Made by a program: the position numbers and the translations under genes. The notes under the pieces are model-generated. The model was not told the DNA's origin and ran no database searches. It worked only from the letters and a program-made list of their open reading frames with translations. From NCBI GenBank assembly GCA_030141605.1, contig JAQGDQ010000062.1:496001-560000 (forward strand): 64,000 bases of DNA, read 5' to 3'. Each line of letters starts with the position of its first letter. The stretch's first letter is position 1. Below are positions 39,801-51,720 of this stretch, piece after piece. Source of the stretch: Tubiluchus corallicola. Its lineage: Eukaryota > Animalia > Priapulida.

Positions 39801-42800
39801 TTACAAAATGTGTAAAAGAGCGAAGTTAAACGAATACACATATGGAAAAGCTTATTTCCAGGCCACATTTTTATTTAAAGTTGTCTAAGCCAACACTTGC
39901 ATGCATTTAAATGAGAAACTTCTTTGAATTCTTTTCCTAGCGCTTGCTTCTCTACCACAGCATGTGTTTTTGACTGAGTGCAGATCAGTAAATGATTGTT
40001 TTCGGTAGAGTTTTGTCTATTCACTTTGTTTCAAGAATGACAATTTGATTCATGCCCACACCTTGAGGTGTATTCTGTGTATGTTTGTTCTGCCACAGTT
40101 AATATAATTTAAATGCCAATTTACTTGACATATTTTGTCACTTTGGTAAAAATAAATTCATTATGCATAACAATTTAAGTCCTTTCTCGTGTTTCAAATC
40201 AAAATTCAAACGAACAAAATTTTAAATATTCGTCATGCTTCAGGTTCAAGATACAAGGAAATCAATCGTTATGTGGAGAAATTTATTACTAAGTGGAAAG
40301 TGTTTCCTGATTTCCACGACATCTTGCATCTCATTGAAAAGGTATGTGTTTATGGCAGATTTACTTTATTGTCGACAGCAATAGGTAGTATCTGTGAGAT
40401 TTTTCTTATACAGTAGCCGCCACTTAATAGACTCAATCGCTTAATTGAATCAAAAATGCCTGGCACGGGCCACTCCTATTCAAATGTACATAAAAACTCA
40501 GTAATTGACTCAAATAACTCCGCATAATTGACTCAATGTTTTTGCTTCACTTGCTTCAATAAGACACTTTCGTGTGACTAATAAGCTTTTATGATTTCTA
40601 TATCACCTTAGTTCGCTTTTGTCCTGTAATATACATAGAAACAATCATGCTAAGTACTGTTTTGTTTGTGAGCAGGGACGTTTATCATATGCTAATTATG
40701 CTAGCCGAATTGTATGCATTGACCCGCCCGTCCACTGCAATTAACCACGTTAGCCAAGAAACTAAACATTTAATTACATGCTTAGCAGTTTGCTTCTGAA
40801 GCTCTGGTTGTCTTTGCCAGAAAGTTTAATCAGATGTTGCTGTTATGCCGGGGACGCAGGTACAGTACAGTAAGTACGTCATAATTATAGCAAGCGGGAG
40901 CTTAGGCAAAATTACAGACAAAGCTACTTGCAGGGAATTGCTAATTCACTTATTTAAATTAATATTTTAAAATATTTTTTTCTAATTTTTAACTGCACAA
41001 AGGAATTTAGGTATCACTTCGTTTCTAAAAATCATTAAAAACTTTTGCAGTGCATAGTAAGCTAATGACTCATACTTCTGTACCAGTAATACTACAGCTA
41101 TCGGTTAATTGGGTCAAAACACTTCAGTCCCAAAGTGAGTCTATTGGGCGGTGCCTACTGTAATTAGTGTTTTAGCGTATAATTTACTTAACGTGTGTAA
41201 AAGTGTGTATGATGGTAGCTGTGCATGAGTGTGCCAATGTTTCAGGTTCTCACTAATAACATGTAACCATTGTAACCTCGTTCCAGTGGTTTTTCATTAG
41301 TGATGCTTATCATTACTTTACTTTGTTATTTGTAAGGAGCCTGAAAATATGGAGAATGGAAAGCTCTCCAAATTAGTGTATTCCTAAAGTAAAATAAAAG
41401 ATGTACAGATAATCAGATAATAGAAAAATGGCTTTCAATAATAGAAAAAATTCAAATGCAGAAGGATGCCATAATGCTTCCTTTAAAGTTTTACAGAGAC
41501 AGATAAATTTGCAAGTCATTATTCGACATAAAAAACAAAACAATAAATTATCAGCCGTTACAATTATACTGTATTGAGAATTATCAAGATCATTAAACCG
41601 CTATAAAACTTTTAAATTAAGATCAATAAATAAAATAAATTTAAGATTGTGGGCAATATAGAAGTTTCTTCAAATTGACATTGATTTGGATTTAAAAAAT
41701 AAAAGATGGTGTAATTGCTAATTTGGCTATGTTTCATTTGAGTGTTCTGAAAGGTGTGGAATATGGCTAGATAAAGAGCTTATGTGGTTAAATAAAAAGA
41801 AGTTTGGTTCTAAAACTAAATATTCATTATGCTGCTAAAATGATCATAATGCCGATTGGCTTACTGATACGTTCATAAGTTCATAAACGTATTCTATACT
41901 TGTCACCGCATATCTGTGCGTTCACTTTAGGAAATACTCAGTGTGTGCCACTACATGTGTGTACAGCCACTTGCAAAACTATGTCGTGTGTATCACTGCA
42001 TATGTGAGGAATTACATACAAAAGAATCCTGTACATGCAATTGTATGTTTTTGCAATCAGTTACAAAAATATACTGAAAACTTCCAAAATCAAATCGCAA
42101 AGGAGTATCAATGCTGCTCGGATTATCAATTTGAAGGTATAACACTTTTGGAAACCTGGTTAAATCAATCAGCTCGATAATTCTAAGATGTTACATCCTG
42201 GTTATCAACTTTCGCTATTAATAGATTGGGGAGGCATTGGTAGGGGGATTGCTTTTTATATTTTAAATGACATCATCTCTAAACCTAACCCAGATTAATC
42301 CCTAATAACTCTTACGAATTTCTGTGGTTTGAGATTACAATTCATAAGTTTAGTTTATTCATGTGTGTTTGCTACCGTTCACCCTCACAGGATGCAACTG
42401 AGGAGGATGATTTTATTATCCAATTGCAGAGATCTTATGATAATTAATTACTTCGTTAACTACCAAAGAATTAATGTTAATTTAAACTGGTGATTCTAAT
42501 GCTAAATGAATGGCATGGTATTCTCCTGATGGGAATTATTGATTTGACACTAAATTGTATTCTTTTGCCATTCAAAATCAATTGTCCCAGCTATTATGTG
42601 TTCCAACACGTGTCACTGACACTTCTAGTTCACTACTTGGCCTTATTATTACTGACACCGCCAGTTTTGTTATTGATTGTGGAGTCATGACACTTAAATG
42701 TAACTGTTAATGTTCAAGTGCATTTTAAGCTTGTACAGAAATTTATATTTCTTCTCAGTGCTTCTAACGATTGTATTAGTTTATATTGATTACATAATAA

Positions 42801-45800
42801 TATTAATGTCATTTTCAACATTATGTATGTATAAATACTGTTTGTAGTCATACTGTAATGCTTCTACTGTTCGTTTATTGTCTCACTATACTAAGTGTTA
42901 TGTTTCATTGGCGAGAGCGTTCATCAGTTGTTAAAACTGTCTGTTCAAGCTATATTGTAATACTTGTTATTTAATAAACCTACATATTGTAATATTTGTT
43001 ATTTAATAAAGCTGTGTTTAAACAAACCAAAATCTCAAAGACTTTACTGTGTACTGCGTAATAATATAAACTTTTCGCACATTGGCAAAGAATCCTTTAA
43101 CAATTTATCATTGCTGAAAAAATTTAGTAGCATGTATCACTGCTACCTTTTTTCACCAAAAATGTGTCTGGAGCTGTAGGCACATTGTTTTCATGCTTTA
43201 TTGGTTTTTGTTCTTTAGGCTAATGCAAAGTATGCACTTGGTATTGGTAGTGACATAATGAGCCGACTTGCCCGAGAAGTGTTCACAGACGTTGGACAAA
43301 AGCTGCAGCGTCGACGGCAAGAAGATTTTGCTGCAGATTTTGGATGTTTCCTAACTGACAGTATTGATTTTACACATGATCCCGCACTTCACCATGAAGA
43401 ACTATCAGAAAAGTTGAATGAGAACCAACAAATTGGCAATAATCAGATGGTCAAGGTGTGACGAATATACGTTTATGATTCTTAGTACAGAATGGGTTTT
43501 AGGGTTTGAACTGCTATTGGCTAACTATAGTTATACTCATGATTAGTGCAAAGCTTAATCACATTTAGTGGACAACATTAATTTTTTTTACTGTTTTTAG
43601 GTAATTGAAAAATTTTCTGAAAAGCAGGAGCTGGAATGGGAAGATTGTGATTATAGCAAGACAAATGATCTTGATGAGACTACAGTTCCTAGGTTTTCAT
43701 GTGTGAACTCAGAAACGAGCCTTGTAACTGTGAGCTCAGAATGTAAAAACTCATCACCAAAATATACAAATCCTGATATCAGTAGTGTAATTAACATGAT
43801 CTCTGACTTAAATGACACAAATCGTTTAAACGAGGACCACCCATGTAAGGAAAATTATGCAAATGCGAAATGTAGTCAGACTGAAAGCTTTGACAGTGCA
43901 TTTCCATTGAACAGAGGCAATGGCGCAGCTATCCTAGCAAGCATTAAAAAAGAAGAAAGTTCAGGTTTAGAAGTTTCATTAGCAGACCAGTCTGAGGGGG
44001 AAAACACTGGTGAAGCAGTTGATGCAAGCTCAACGGATGGCAACAAAACAGGTAGAACAGAGTGTTTGAATGAGCAACTGGTTGAGATGATGACGGCAAA
44101 CAGAGAATCACTCATTGGTGAGAATTTGTTTTAAAAGCTTTTTCATGCATTTTACCACAAATTACTTTCAATATTATAGGGAAGTTTTTCATGTAGCTAA
44201 AAGAATTAATAAAAACACGACTCTATTAAAACTTTAATTTTATGCACATTTATTTTATGGACAATGACTCTATTAAACCCATCTCATAATCTATTAAACA
44301 TAAAAGGCAGTACTAGATGTACTGCTCTTTAAACTACACATAAGTGGGATCTTATTATGCCTTGTAAATCTGTTGCAGAAACATCGTTATGTTAAAGATA
44401 GACAGAAAAAACATATGCTAACAATCAGACATTAGTGCACTGAAATTTTAAATTCTGTGTTTAAAATACAGTGAGATTCCAGCTATTCACAATGTCGTCA
44501 GCTTATAGAGGAAGAACAACTGATGCCTTTCATTACCGGCAAATCAGCAACATAAATTCCAGTTTGTTTTTTGAACCCAAGTTCTTATACTTTGATAGTA
44601 GTTGTTTACCCTGAGTGATAAATAATGTTGCTTGTGGTGATCTATAAGATAATCACTTTCAAGACAAATAACAATGGAATGAACCCAATGACTTATTGAC
44701 ATCAAACTCGACTGAAAGGAAGAAATGCGAAAGGTTGAGATTGGGCTTGAACCAGTGACCTTCCGTTTATAAAAAAATTTAAAAAGGGCCATTTAGTGGA
44801 ATATGGCTTAGTGGGCATGACATATGTTTACATTTAATTCGCATTTCATTCCATTCTATCTAGTTCGGTTTCATATACTCACTGATTATGGGTTTATGCT
44901 ATCATTATCCATAATCTTAAAATGAGGAATACAAATAATTCCAACAATACAAATAAGTTCCAGACAGTGTGTACAGTAAAATTTGGCTAAACCTGACTTG
45001 GACAATATAAATGATTTATGTCTAATGTAGTGTACTGATGCCTTTCTAAAAGTTGTGAATTTTTGTTTTAAGAATTCTGTTTCTTCCACAACAAGAGGAT
45101 AACATAGTTATGCACAACTTGACTATGTTTATGTTTTTTCCTTTTAGAATCTACATCAGTACAGCAATGGGCGGAAGGTGGGGATGCCAACGATTCTGGT
45201 TGCGATAATGATGACTCTGATTCTGAAGCTTCTGTACATTCGATAGGTGAAGATGCTTACTCAATCGATTTAAATCCTTTGTCCGATCATGCAGGTTCAG
45301 ACTCATCTTCTGACGAATCTGAGTCAATGGATTTAAGTTCATGTGCTGAAGTCGAACCTAATGTGGAGAAATCTAGTACTGGTTCTGAAGCAGACGTAGA
45401 AGACTTGGATGGAGATACTCAGTCAGATGAAGAAAAAGACACTGATAATATTGTTCATAAGCTAATGCCCAAAGTAGTCAATGAAAAAGAGAGAGAGAAG
45501 GAGCTAGTGTTGTGGTCAGCTGTGCAGAATGGCCAGTTAACTGTGTTTAACTGCAAATCTGATGAAGATGAATCATTTATGTCTGACATGAATATTGAAC
45601 TGTCATCTGCAGCTGAAAAAGATTTTAGTCCTGATCTACCTAAGTTAGATTTCAAAAAGATGAGTCAGAATAAAGTTCACGAAACTGGCACGGAAACAAT
45701 TGTCAAAATGGAAGTTGACGATCCCAACATGACAACTGAGTCTGGTCGTGCATGTAAGTCAAACTGTACTGCTGAATGTAGTCAGTCTGGTTCTTGTGAG

Positions 45801-46898
45801 TTAGTTACTGTCCAACATGTGTCTAATATTTCAGTGATGGAAAAGAAAGAGCATTGTCAGGCAATTGACGAAAAGCTGTCATCAATGCAAACCCTAACAG
45901 ATGATGAAATAAAAGCTCAGCATTCCCAAACTTTGTTGCATTTAAATGAACTTGTCCGATCAAGTGTGGAAGAGTTTGATTCGGCAGATTCTGGCAAGGA
46001 TTCGAGTGTGTCGGTAGTTGACAGCACGAAAGAAGTGCATGTTAGTGATGGTGACACTTGTAGCACTTCTACTCAGTGGAAAGGAAACACATCCTTATCT
46101 AGTCTAGATGATATTACGGTTGCTAGTGTTGTCAGTCTTTCTCCCATGAAACCAGTTCTAAGTAGCACACCTTCCACATACAGGAGGTTGTTGCGCAATG
46201 TTCCATATCAAAGAATCACTCGGGAACCAGAATTCATTCCACTAACATCAATTGATACTGAACTGATAAAACGCACAGGTGTTATATCTAGCACGAGTTC
46301 TTCCACTGAACCTGATGTTAGTATAATTGCCACATTTTCAAAGTCAAATGCCACTACCTCAAATCGATTTCCTTTAAGTGTCAGACCTAGAATTAACTCA
46401 TATCCTGGTAGAGTGCTGTCACCTTTACTCTCTGCCAGAACGGTTACTGGTGATATTTGCAGAATGACAGCAAATCCAATGATAGATGGCAGAGCTGGTG
46501 CAAGAGCATGCACAATGTTGACACCATCTGTGTCACGTAAAGCAGCTTCATGTCAGCGGCAGCCATTGAGCAGAATGGTGATGCCTTCTACTCTTCATTA
46601 TAGAGTCACAAATGCTGGCAGCACAAATATAAACAGTCGTGTTGTGCCTCTTCCATCTTACCGTGGTAATTCCACTGTAAGTTCACCTCGTTTGAGTATG
46701 CAGCAAATACAACAAAACATGTTTAGTAGGCTGCATTCACCTTTACATATTAGCAGTGCATCATCTGTAATAAATAATCGACTTCAGAGGCCAGTGCATC
46801 CGGTTGTGGTTTCCATTCACTCAGCTGCTTCTCTTCCTAATGTTCGTCAGCAGTTACCTGTGAATGTCTCTATGCCTGAAGTTATTGAGTTGGAGTAA
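33847..46898 (+). CDS. DAXX: Death domain-associated protein 6 (H3.3 chaperone), 8-exon model of 1140 aa
   Basis: Exons 33847-33882 (MAYFDRITLFEE), 34380-34970 (helical bundle FLHYC..EEVTKFL..SAEF..KYVHIQDFTSEVKAH; RQIRKLEKLL), 36345-36458 (EIRRLQQKELSLDDMNESDSYYLREEVLKKR), 37110-37188 (LCECKG..TGRP), 40244-40341 (SRYKEINR..FPDFHDIL), 43219-43455 (FTDVGQKLQRRRQED..FGCFLTD..DPAL), 43601-44117 and 45148-46898 (acidic then S/T/P-rich, ends PEVIELE*). All GT-AG and phase-compatible (3423 nt). Matches the recalled DAXX helical bundle, histone-binding domain and C-terminal SIM. Confidence 0.95.
34918..35293 (+). repeat. Tandem duplications of the DAXX exon 2/intron 2 junction
   Basis: TTAGAAAACTAGAGAAACTGCTTGG starts at 34945, 35024, 35095, 35174 and 35253 (spacings 79, 71, 79, 79). 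Each copy is followed by a GT donor. Confidence 0.95.
35957..36005. repeat. Degenerate telomere-like (CCCTAA)n tract, interstitial
   Basis: ctaacccgaaccccaaccctaaccctaatcctaatcccaaccctaatcc. Confidence 0.7.
37212..38089. mobile_element. Tc1/mariner-pogo (Tigger-like) MITE, copy 1, in DAXX intron 4
   Basis: TA|CAGTAGGTGTCATTTATTAGATTCAC ... GTGAGTCTATTAAGTGGCACCTATTG|TA. The internal sequence is homologous to 40411-41160. Confidence 0.82.
39140..39738. mobile_element. piggyBac-type MITE (599 bp) in DAXX intron 4
   Basis: TTAA|CCCTTTCACTATG ... CATAGTGATAGGG|TTAA. 12/13 TIR match and TTAA TSD. Confidence 0.85.
40411..41160. mobile_element. Tc1/mariner-pogo (Tigger-like) MITE, copy 2, in DAXX intron 5
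   Basis: TA|CAGTAGCCGCCACTTAATAGACTCA ... TGAGTCTATTGGGCGGTGCCTACTG|TA. Shares blocks such as gtaattgactcaaataactccgcat with copy 1. Confidence 0.85.
42050..42700 (+). mobile_element. Decayed LINE (CR1-like) APE endonuclease fragment in DAXX intron 5
   Basis: Broken frames give ITLLETWLN, GRGIAFYI, EFLWFEI..CVCYRSPSQ, TGDSNA and PTRVTDTSSSLLGLIITD, which are EEP endonuclease motifs. Confidence 0.8.
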
Positions 46899-47795
46899 CC
46901 CTCTTAACATGTAAATACTTGTTGCAAGACTTTTGCACTGTTGCAACTGTGCTGCATGATAATTTTTCAAAAAAGTGTTTTTTTTATTTCTTGCTGTAAA
47001 ATTGGTATTTATTAAGTTGAATTTGTAGCTTAACAAGTTGCTGTGACTGCATGTGAGATCTACTTGTTTTTGTATTAAGACATTTTGGTACATTTGAACA
47101 TGAGTTTCCCTTCTCTCTGAATTACAACTGCTTTATACAAGGTTGAAGTATGAAAAAAATTTGCCTGTTACTTATTTTTTTCTAATTGAATTTTTGGGAA
47201 ATCAGTATTATGCATGGGTGGTTCATGCAAATTAAGTTATTTGTAGCTATATGTTGCTTGAATCGGAATGCAGTGTTACGCAAATTTATATTTGTTTAAC
47301 GTCCAATAATACTTTGGAAATTACTGTAAACAACTTTACTGTGTCTATAGTTGAACTTTTAAAGTGCATGACATATAATGCAAATATAATTTATTTACAT
47401 CTGAACATGCATGTTTCTGTTGGAGATAGCTAATAAGTAACTTATTACACATGTACATATTGTAAATGTATATAAGTCCATCAGCAATGTGAATTTAAAA
47501 AAGTTCTACAGACATTTGAAATTTGCACTAGTATATTGTATGCTTAGCATTAATTTTTAGCACTTTTTAAATAAATGCCAAATTATTATTTTGTTATAAA
47601 TGCTTTAATATTGAACTTAAAAATTTATTTTTTTTTGCTTTTCAGTTCACATTTGTCCGTAAGCATAAATGCCAAGCACAAGCGAAACATCAGTTTATGA
47701 TTATGTAGTAATTACATTGCAAATGAAACACATTGTGGCCATAAATAGTAACATATAGACAAACAACCCTTTATTAAATAATTGTCAAGACTGCA

Positions 47796-48638
47796 TACTG
47801 GTGCAGAACAATTGGGTTTACAACAGACCTGTCAAGTGTCACCCAACATTGACTTTACTGGTGCAGAACAATTGGGTTTACAACAGACCTGTCAAGTGTC
47901 ACCCAACATTGACTTTACTGGTGCAGAACAATTGGGTTTACAACAGACCTGTCAAGTGTCACCCAACATTGACTTTACTGGTGCAGAACAATTGGGTTTA
48001 CAACAGACCTGTCAAGTGTCACCCAACATTGACTTTACTGGTGCAGAACAATTGGGTTTACAACAGACCTGTCAAGTGTCACCAAACATTGACTTTACTG
48101 GTGCAGAACAATTGGGTCTACGACAGACCTGTCAAGTGTCACCCAACTTTGACTTTACTGGTGCAGAACAATTGGGTCTACGACAGACCTGTCAAGTGTC
48201 ACCCAACATTGACTTTACTGGTGCGGAACAATTGGGTCTACGACAGACCTGTCAAGTGTCACCCAACATTGACTTTACTGGTGCAGAACAATTGGGTTTA
48301 CAACAGACCTGTCAAGTGTCACCCAATATTGACTTTACTGGTGCAGAACAATTGGGTCTACGACAGACCTGTCAAGTGTCACCCAACATTGACTTTACTG
48401 GTGCAGAACAATTGGGTTTACAACAGACCTGTCAAGTGTCACCCAACATTGACTTTACTGGTGCAGAACAATTGGGTTTACGACAGACCTGTCAAGTGTC
48501 ACCAAACATTGACTTTACTGGTGCAGAACAATTGGGTCTACGACAGACCTGTCAAGTGTCACCAAACATTGACTTTACTGGTGCAGAACAATTGGGTCTA
48601 CGACAGACCTGTCAAGTGTCACCCAACATTGACTTTAC
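47796..48638. repeat. Minisatellite: 14 near-identical tandem copies of a 60-bp unit
   Basis: Unit TACTGGTGCAGAACAATTGGGT(T/C)TAC(A/G)ACAGACCTGTCAAGTGTCACC(C/A)AACATTGACTT is in register on successive 60-nt lines, with point variants only and no indels. Confidence 0.98.
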
Positions 48639-48826
48639 CTTTGCAGAAGATGATTGTCTTCATCTGTTTCGAATGGTTGGGCCGGCTTATTTTACATAAA
48701 AAACTGTTCTTATATTAATATTTGCAAGAAACACCAATCCTTGATTATTTAAAGATATTTGAACATATCTGATGGAAGTAGATCGACATTGGCATTTTAT
48801 AGTGACTTGTCTGATTGCAATCGAGG

Positions 48827-49933
48827 TTACGTATCAGGTTTTTGCAATATCCATAATCTCTTATTATTTCCAAGTATCTCCAACACCTTCCAGTTGGCTG
48901 TCAGGTGTTTTAACCGTTCTATACCGTATACTCGATGAGCATTCCACAGAACATAATTTTCACCGTGATCATATGGCACATTGAGCAGGAACAGACCACC
49001 AGGTTTGAGGAGGCACCATGCCTGTGCCATGGCTTCAAGGTCACCAAACGGATTCAGTTCATCTCCATACCGTCCTAAGCCAGAATGTTCAATGGACGAA
49101 TAACTGATGCCAAAGTCAAACTGTTCTTGCTCTCCAGAAAGATATGACTGTGCTAGTTCTACTGGCTGTACTGCTGAGATCTTTTGGTGATGAGAAATAA
49201 GCTTACTGTACTCCAGAATTGTTATATGTTTAACGTTAGCATTAAGCAGCAATGCCTCTACCCAGGGTTTCTCTGATCCAATCACTAGCCCCTTTTTAGC
49301 CTTGAAATGGCCATTGTATGTCTCAATTGCTTTGATAACCTGATCCATACCTGATTTACCATACCCACCTGCAATGTTTCTACCAGCTCTTGCTTTGTCT
49401 TGCAGAGCGTTAATGATGTCGTCGTTGATGAAGTTGTCCTTTGTGGATTTCACATTATTCACGGCGAAGTACGAATTTAGAGCTCGTCGAATTGGCATTT
49501 TGCCAAACATGGAAAAATTAGTTCGCAGTTGTTCGGGTACTTCCAATGGTGGTGGCCACTTCTTGGCAGGCTGTTGCAGTTTCATTCGTTGCAGCAAAGA
49601 CTGACAGTTGAAGTGTTTTTGAAGAAACTCGTATTCCAAACCTGGTAATGCTGTAAAGTTGCTTTCAGTATCGCAAGCTTCCCCACAGTTTGGAGACGTG
49701 ACTTCCCTTGAAATTTCTGATTTAGGATTGCTGCTTGTTTCTTTCTCATTCGTCTTATATTGTGTTGAATGAATCTGTCCACTTTGATCCACAGTTTTCT
49801 GAGTTATGTACGACAATCTGCACAATGTTGAGAGAAGTATAACTGCTAGCAAAAGCCTGAATAAGCGGCTCTTATCCCTGTGCTTAAGCGATGTAAACCA
49901 TTGCTGTGAGATCTTCATTATAAACAATGACAT
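48827..49933 (-). CDS. DUF268-family protein (class I SAM-dependent methyltransferase-like fold) with N-terminal signal-anchor, 368 aa, single coding exon
   Basis: Uninterrupted ORF. Hydrophobic LFRLLLAVILLSTLC follows a basic N-terminus, then a stem region. DUF268 motifs: GLVIGSEKPWVEALLL, ITILEY, FDFGISYSSIEHSGLGRYGDELNPFGDLEAM..AWCLLKPGGLFLLNVP, WNAHRVYG..RL. The ATG directly follows a CAG acceptor, and a candidate UTR-exon donor GTAAGC lies near 50448. Confidence 0.85.
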   Translation of the reverse strand: MSLFIMKISQQWFTSLKHRDKSRLFRLLLAVILLSTLCRLSYITQKTVDQSGQIHSTQYKTNEKETSSNPKSEISREVTSPNCGEACDTESNFTALPGLEYEFLQKHFNCQSLLQRMKLQQPAKKWPPPLEVPEQLRTNFSMFGKMPIRRALNSYFAVNNVKSTKDNFINDDIINALQDKARAGRNIAGGYGKSGMDQVIKAIETYNGHFKAKKGLVIGSEKPWVEALLLNANVKHITILEYSKLISHHQKISAVQPVELAQSYLSGEQEQFDFGISYSSIEHSGLGRYGDELNPFGDLEAMAQAWCLLKPGGLFLLNVPYDHGENYVLWNAHRVYGIERLKHLTANWKVLEILGNNKRLWILQKPDT

Positions 49934-50703
49934 CTGCTGTGAACAAAATCACTGTTTATATATATATATATGTATGTTAACATTGAATCATTTGCACTAA
50001 GATGACCATCGAGAAAATTTGCCGCCCCTCTTTTCTAAATCGAATTCTTTTATAGAAGAATCAGCTTCGAACAAATTTTCAGAATAGACACTGATCACGC
50101 ACATAAAGGAACTAAATATTCCGTAGAACAGTATTTCAGCTTCATACAGATGTCTGCAAAGATCTGCATGAAATACAGATTATACAAAAGATCTTAAGAT
50201 GTTATACAGTGTAAACTGATTACATTTATTAATAATATTTACACCTACAAAATAGTCGTAAGTGCACAATTAGATCTACTGCAGTAAAATTCACTGTGAG
50301 AGTGGCGTATAATACGGGTTAACGCACGTCACGCTTTACGGCGTTTCCGCATCAACTACATTACAAATTTACGAAACGTATGTGACTGGTAGAGGCTAGT
50401 GTAGTGATGACCAAGAGAAACTTTGCAAGGCGGAACAACAGAGCTTACCGACCCTGGGCTCTTTCAAAATTTAGCACTTCGTGTATATACTTGTATCAAA
50501 TTATTTAGTCTTAAAATTATCATCTAAGCTTTTCCCATAAATGTTAAAGTCGTATTTTCTTTGTAGGAATACATGAGTATGACTGTGATAAGAATAATGT
50601 GAACAGATATTTGTTGGCATAATTGAAAAGGAAAATTAGTCTCGGCCTATCTGCATTACATGAGTTTCTGGTTACTTAATAAAAATTAAATTTCTGCCAT
50701 TAA

Positions 50704-51299
50704 CCCTTTTCGCCTCTTCTATACTAGAGAAACCTATATAATCACTCCTAAGAAACAGCGTAAGAATAACCTTCTAAGAATAATTGGTTCTTTCGGCGCG
50801 AGAATTGCAGTAGATGAAAACCAAATAGGAAAGTGTTAACGCTGATGTTTTCTGCATTTTGATGTGATGTATAAGTTTTGCTAGCGGGGGGGGGGGAGAA
50901 GCAGAAACGGGGGAGAAAACCCAGTAATAGTACAGAACAATTTATTTCCCAAAAATATTGCTTTAAGAATGAAGAAAATCTCAGGCTCCAACGTTCATCG
51001 TGAAAGTGTTGCATGTCTCGAACAGCCTGCAATCTTGAGGGGTGCAATCGAAGTAGCGACTGAAAATCAAGGTGAGCACTTTTGGTCAATGGTACAGCAA
51101 GAATTAATTTGCTTGAATTTTCAATACCAATGAATAGCACGTCTTTGGGTCATTTTTGCCTCCGCTCGGCCGTTTAGGATAGCTCCAGTGTATTCAGGAA
51201 AGAAGAGCTCCACTGAATTTCTAAACATCACACAATCATTTCCATGAAAAATCTATCCTAGAGCTTCTACCTCGCAAATGGCAGGTTGTGCAAAAAGGT
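50704..51299. mobile_element. Possible degenerate piggyBac-type element
   Basis: TTAA|CCCTTTTCGC ... GCAAAAAGGT|TTAA, an imperfect 10-bp TIR with TTAA on both sides. Confidence 0.35.
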
Positions 51300-51498
51300 T
51301 TAAGACGCGAAAGACGAAGTTTAAATATTTTTTTTGAGTATCATTTGAAATCAACATCTTTCGTTACCGAGACTGGTAAATGATCTGATGAATTATTTAT
51401 AGACTTCCGCTCTAAAGTTTCGATCCCATAGCTTCTTACGTTTTGAGAGACAAGCGTCGTGTACGTATTGAAACCCACGTTGCGGTATAGTATTATTA

Positions 51499-51720
51499 TT
51501 ATACATGATACATAATGACAAATTCAAGGTTATTTTGCTGAACAAAGTCTTTGACGCAGTTGACTAACCTCGTCGGTATTTCTTGCAGATCACGATTAAA
51601 ATCGCCGCTCAGTATCACGCAACTATAATGTCTGATAATTCCCTGAATTCCCGTAAGAGAATCTTCAATGTTAGAGCTCAAGCTATCAGCATCAATTGAC
51701 ATTATAGCAATTTTACAGTA
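51499..51720 (-). mobile_element. LINE APE endonuclease fragment
   Basis: ORF 51499-51702 contains VILSGDFNRDL...VKDFVQQNNL (GDFN motif). Confidence 0.7.

Noticed and set aside
43876-46513. Minus-strand ORFs overlapping DAXX exons 7-8
   Set aside because: Antisense shadows of real coding exons with no independent support.
47782-48718. Two 305-aa repeat ORFs, and a possible CRISPR-like array
   Set aside because: A 60-bp unit is a multiple of 3, so any frame lacking a stop in one unit stays open throughout. The starts are TTG/GTG, there are no unique domains, and there are no variable spacers, so it is neither evident coding sequence nor CRISPR.
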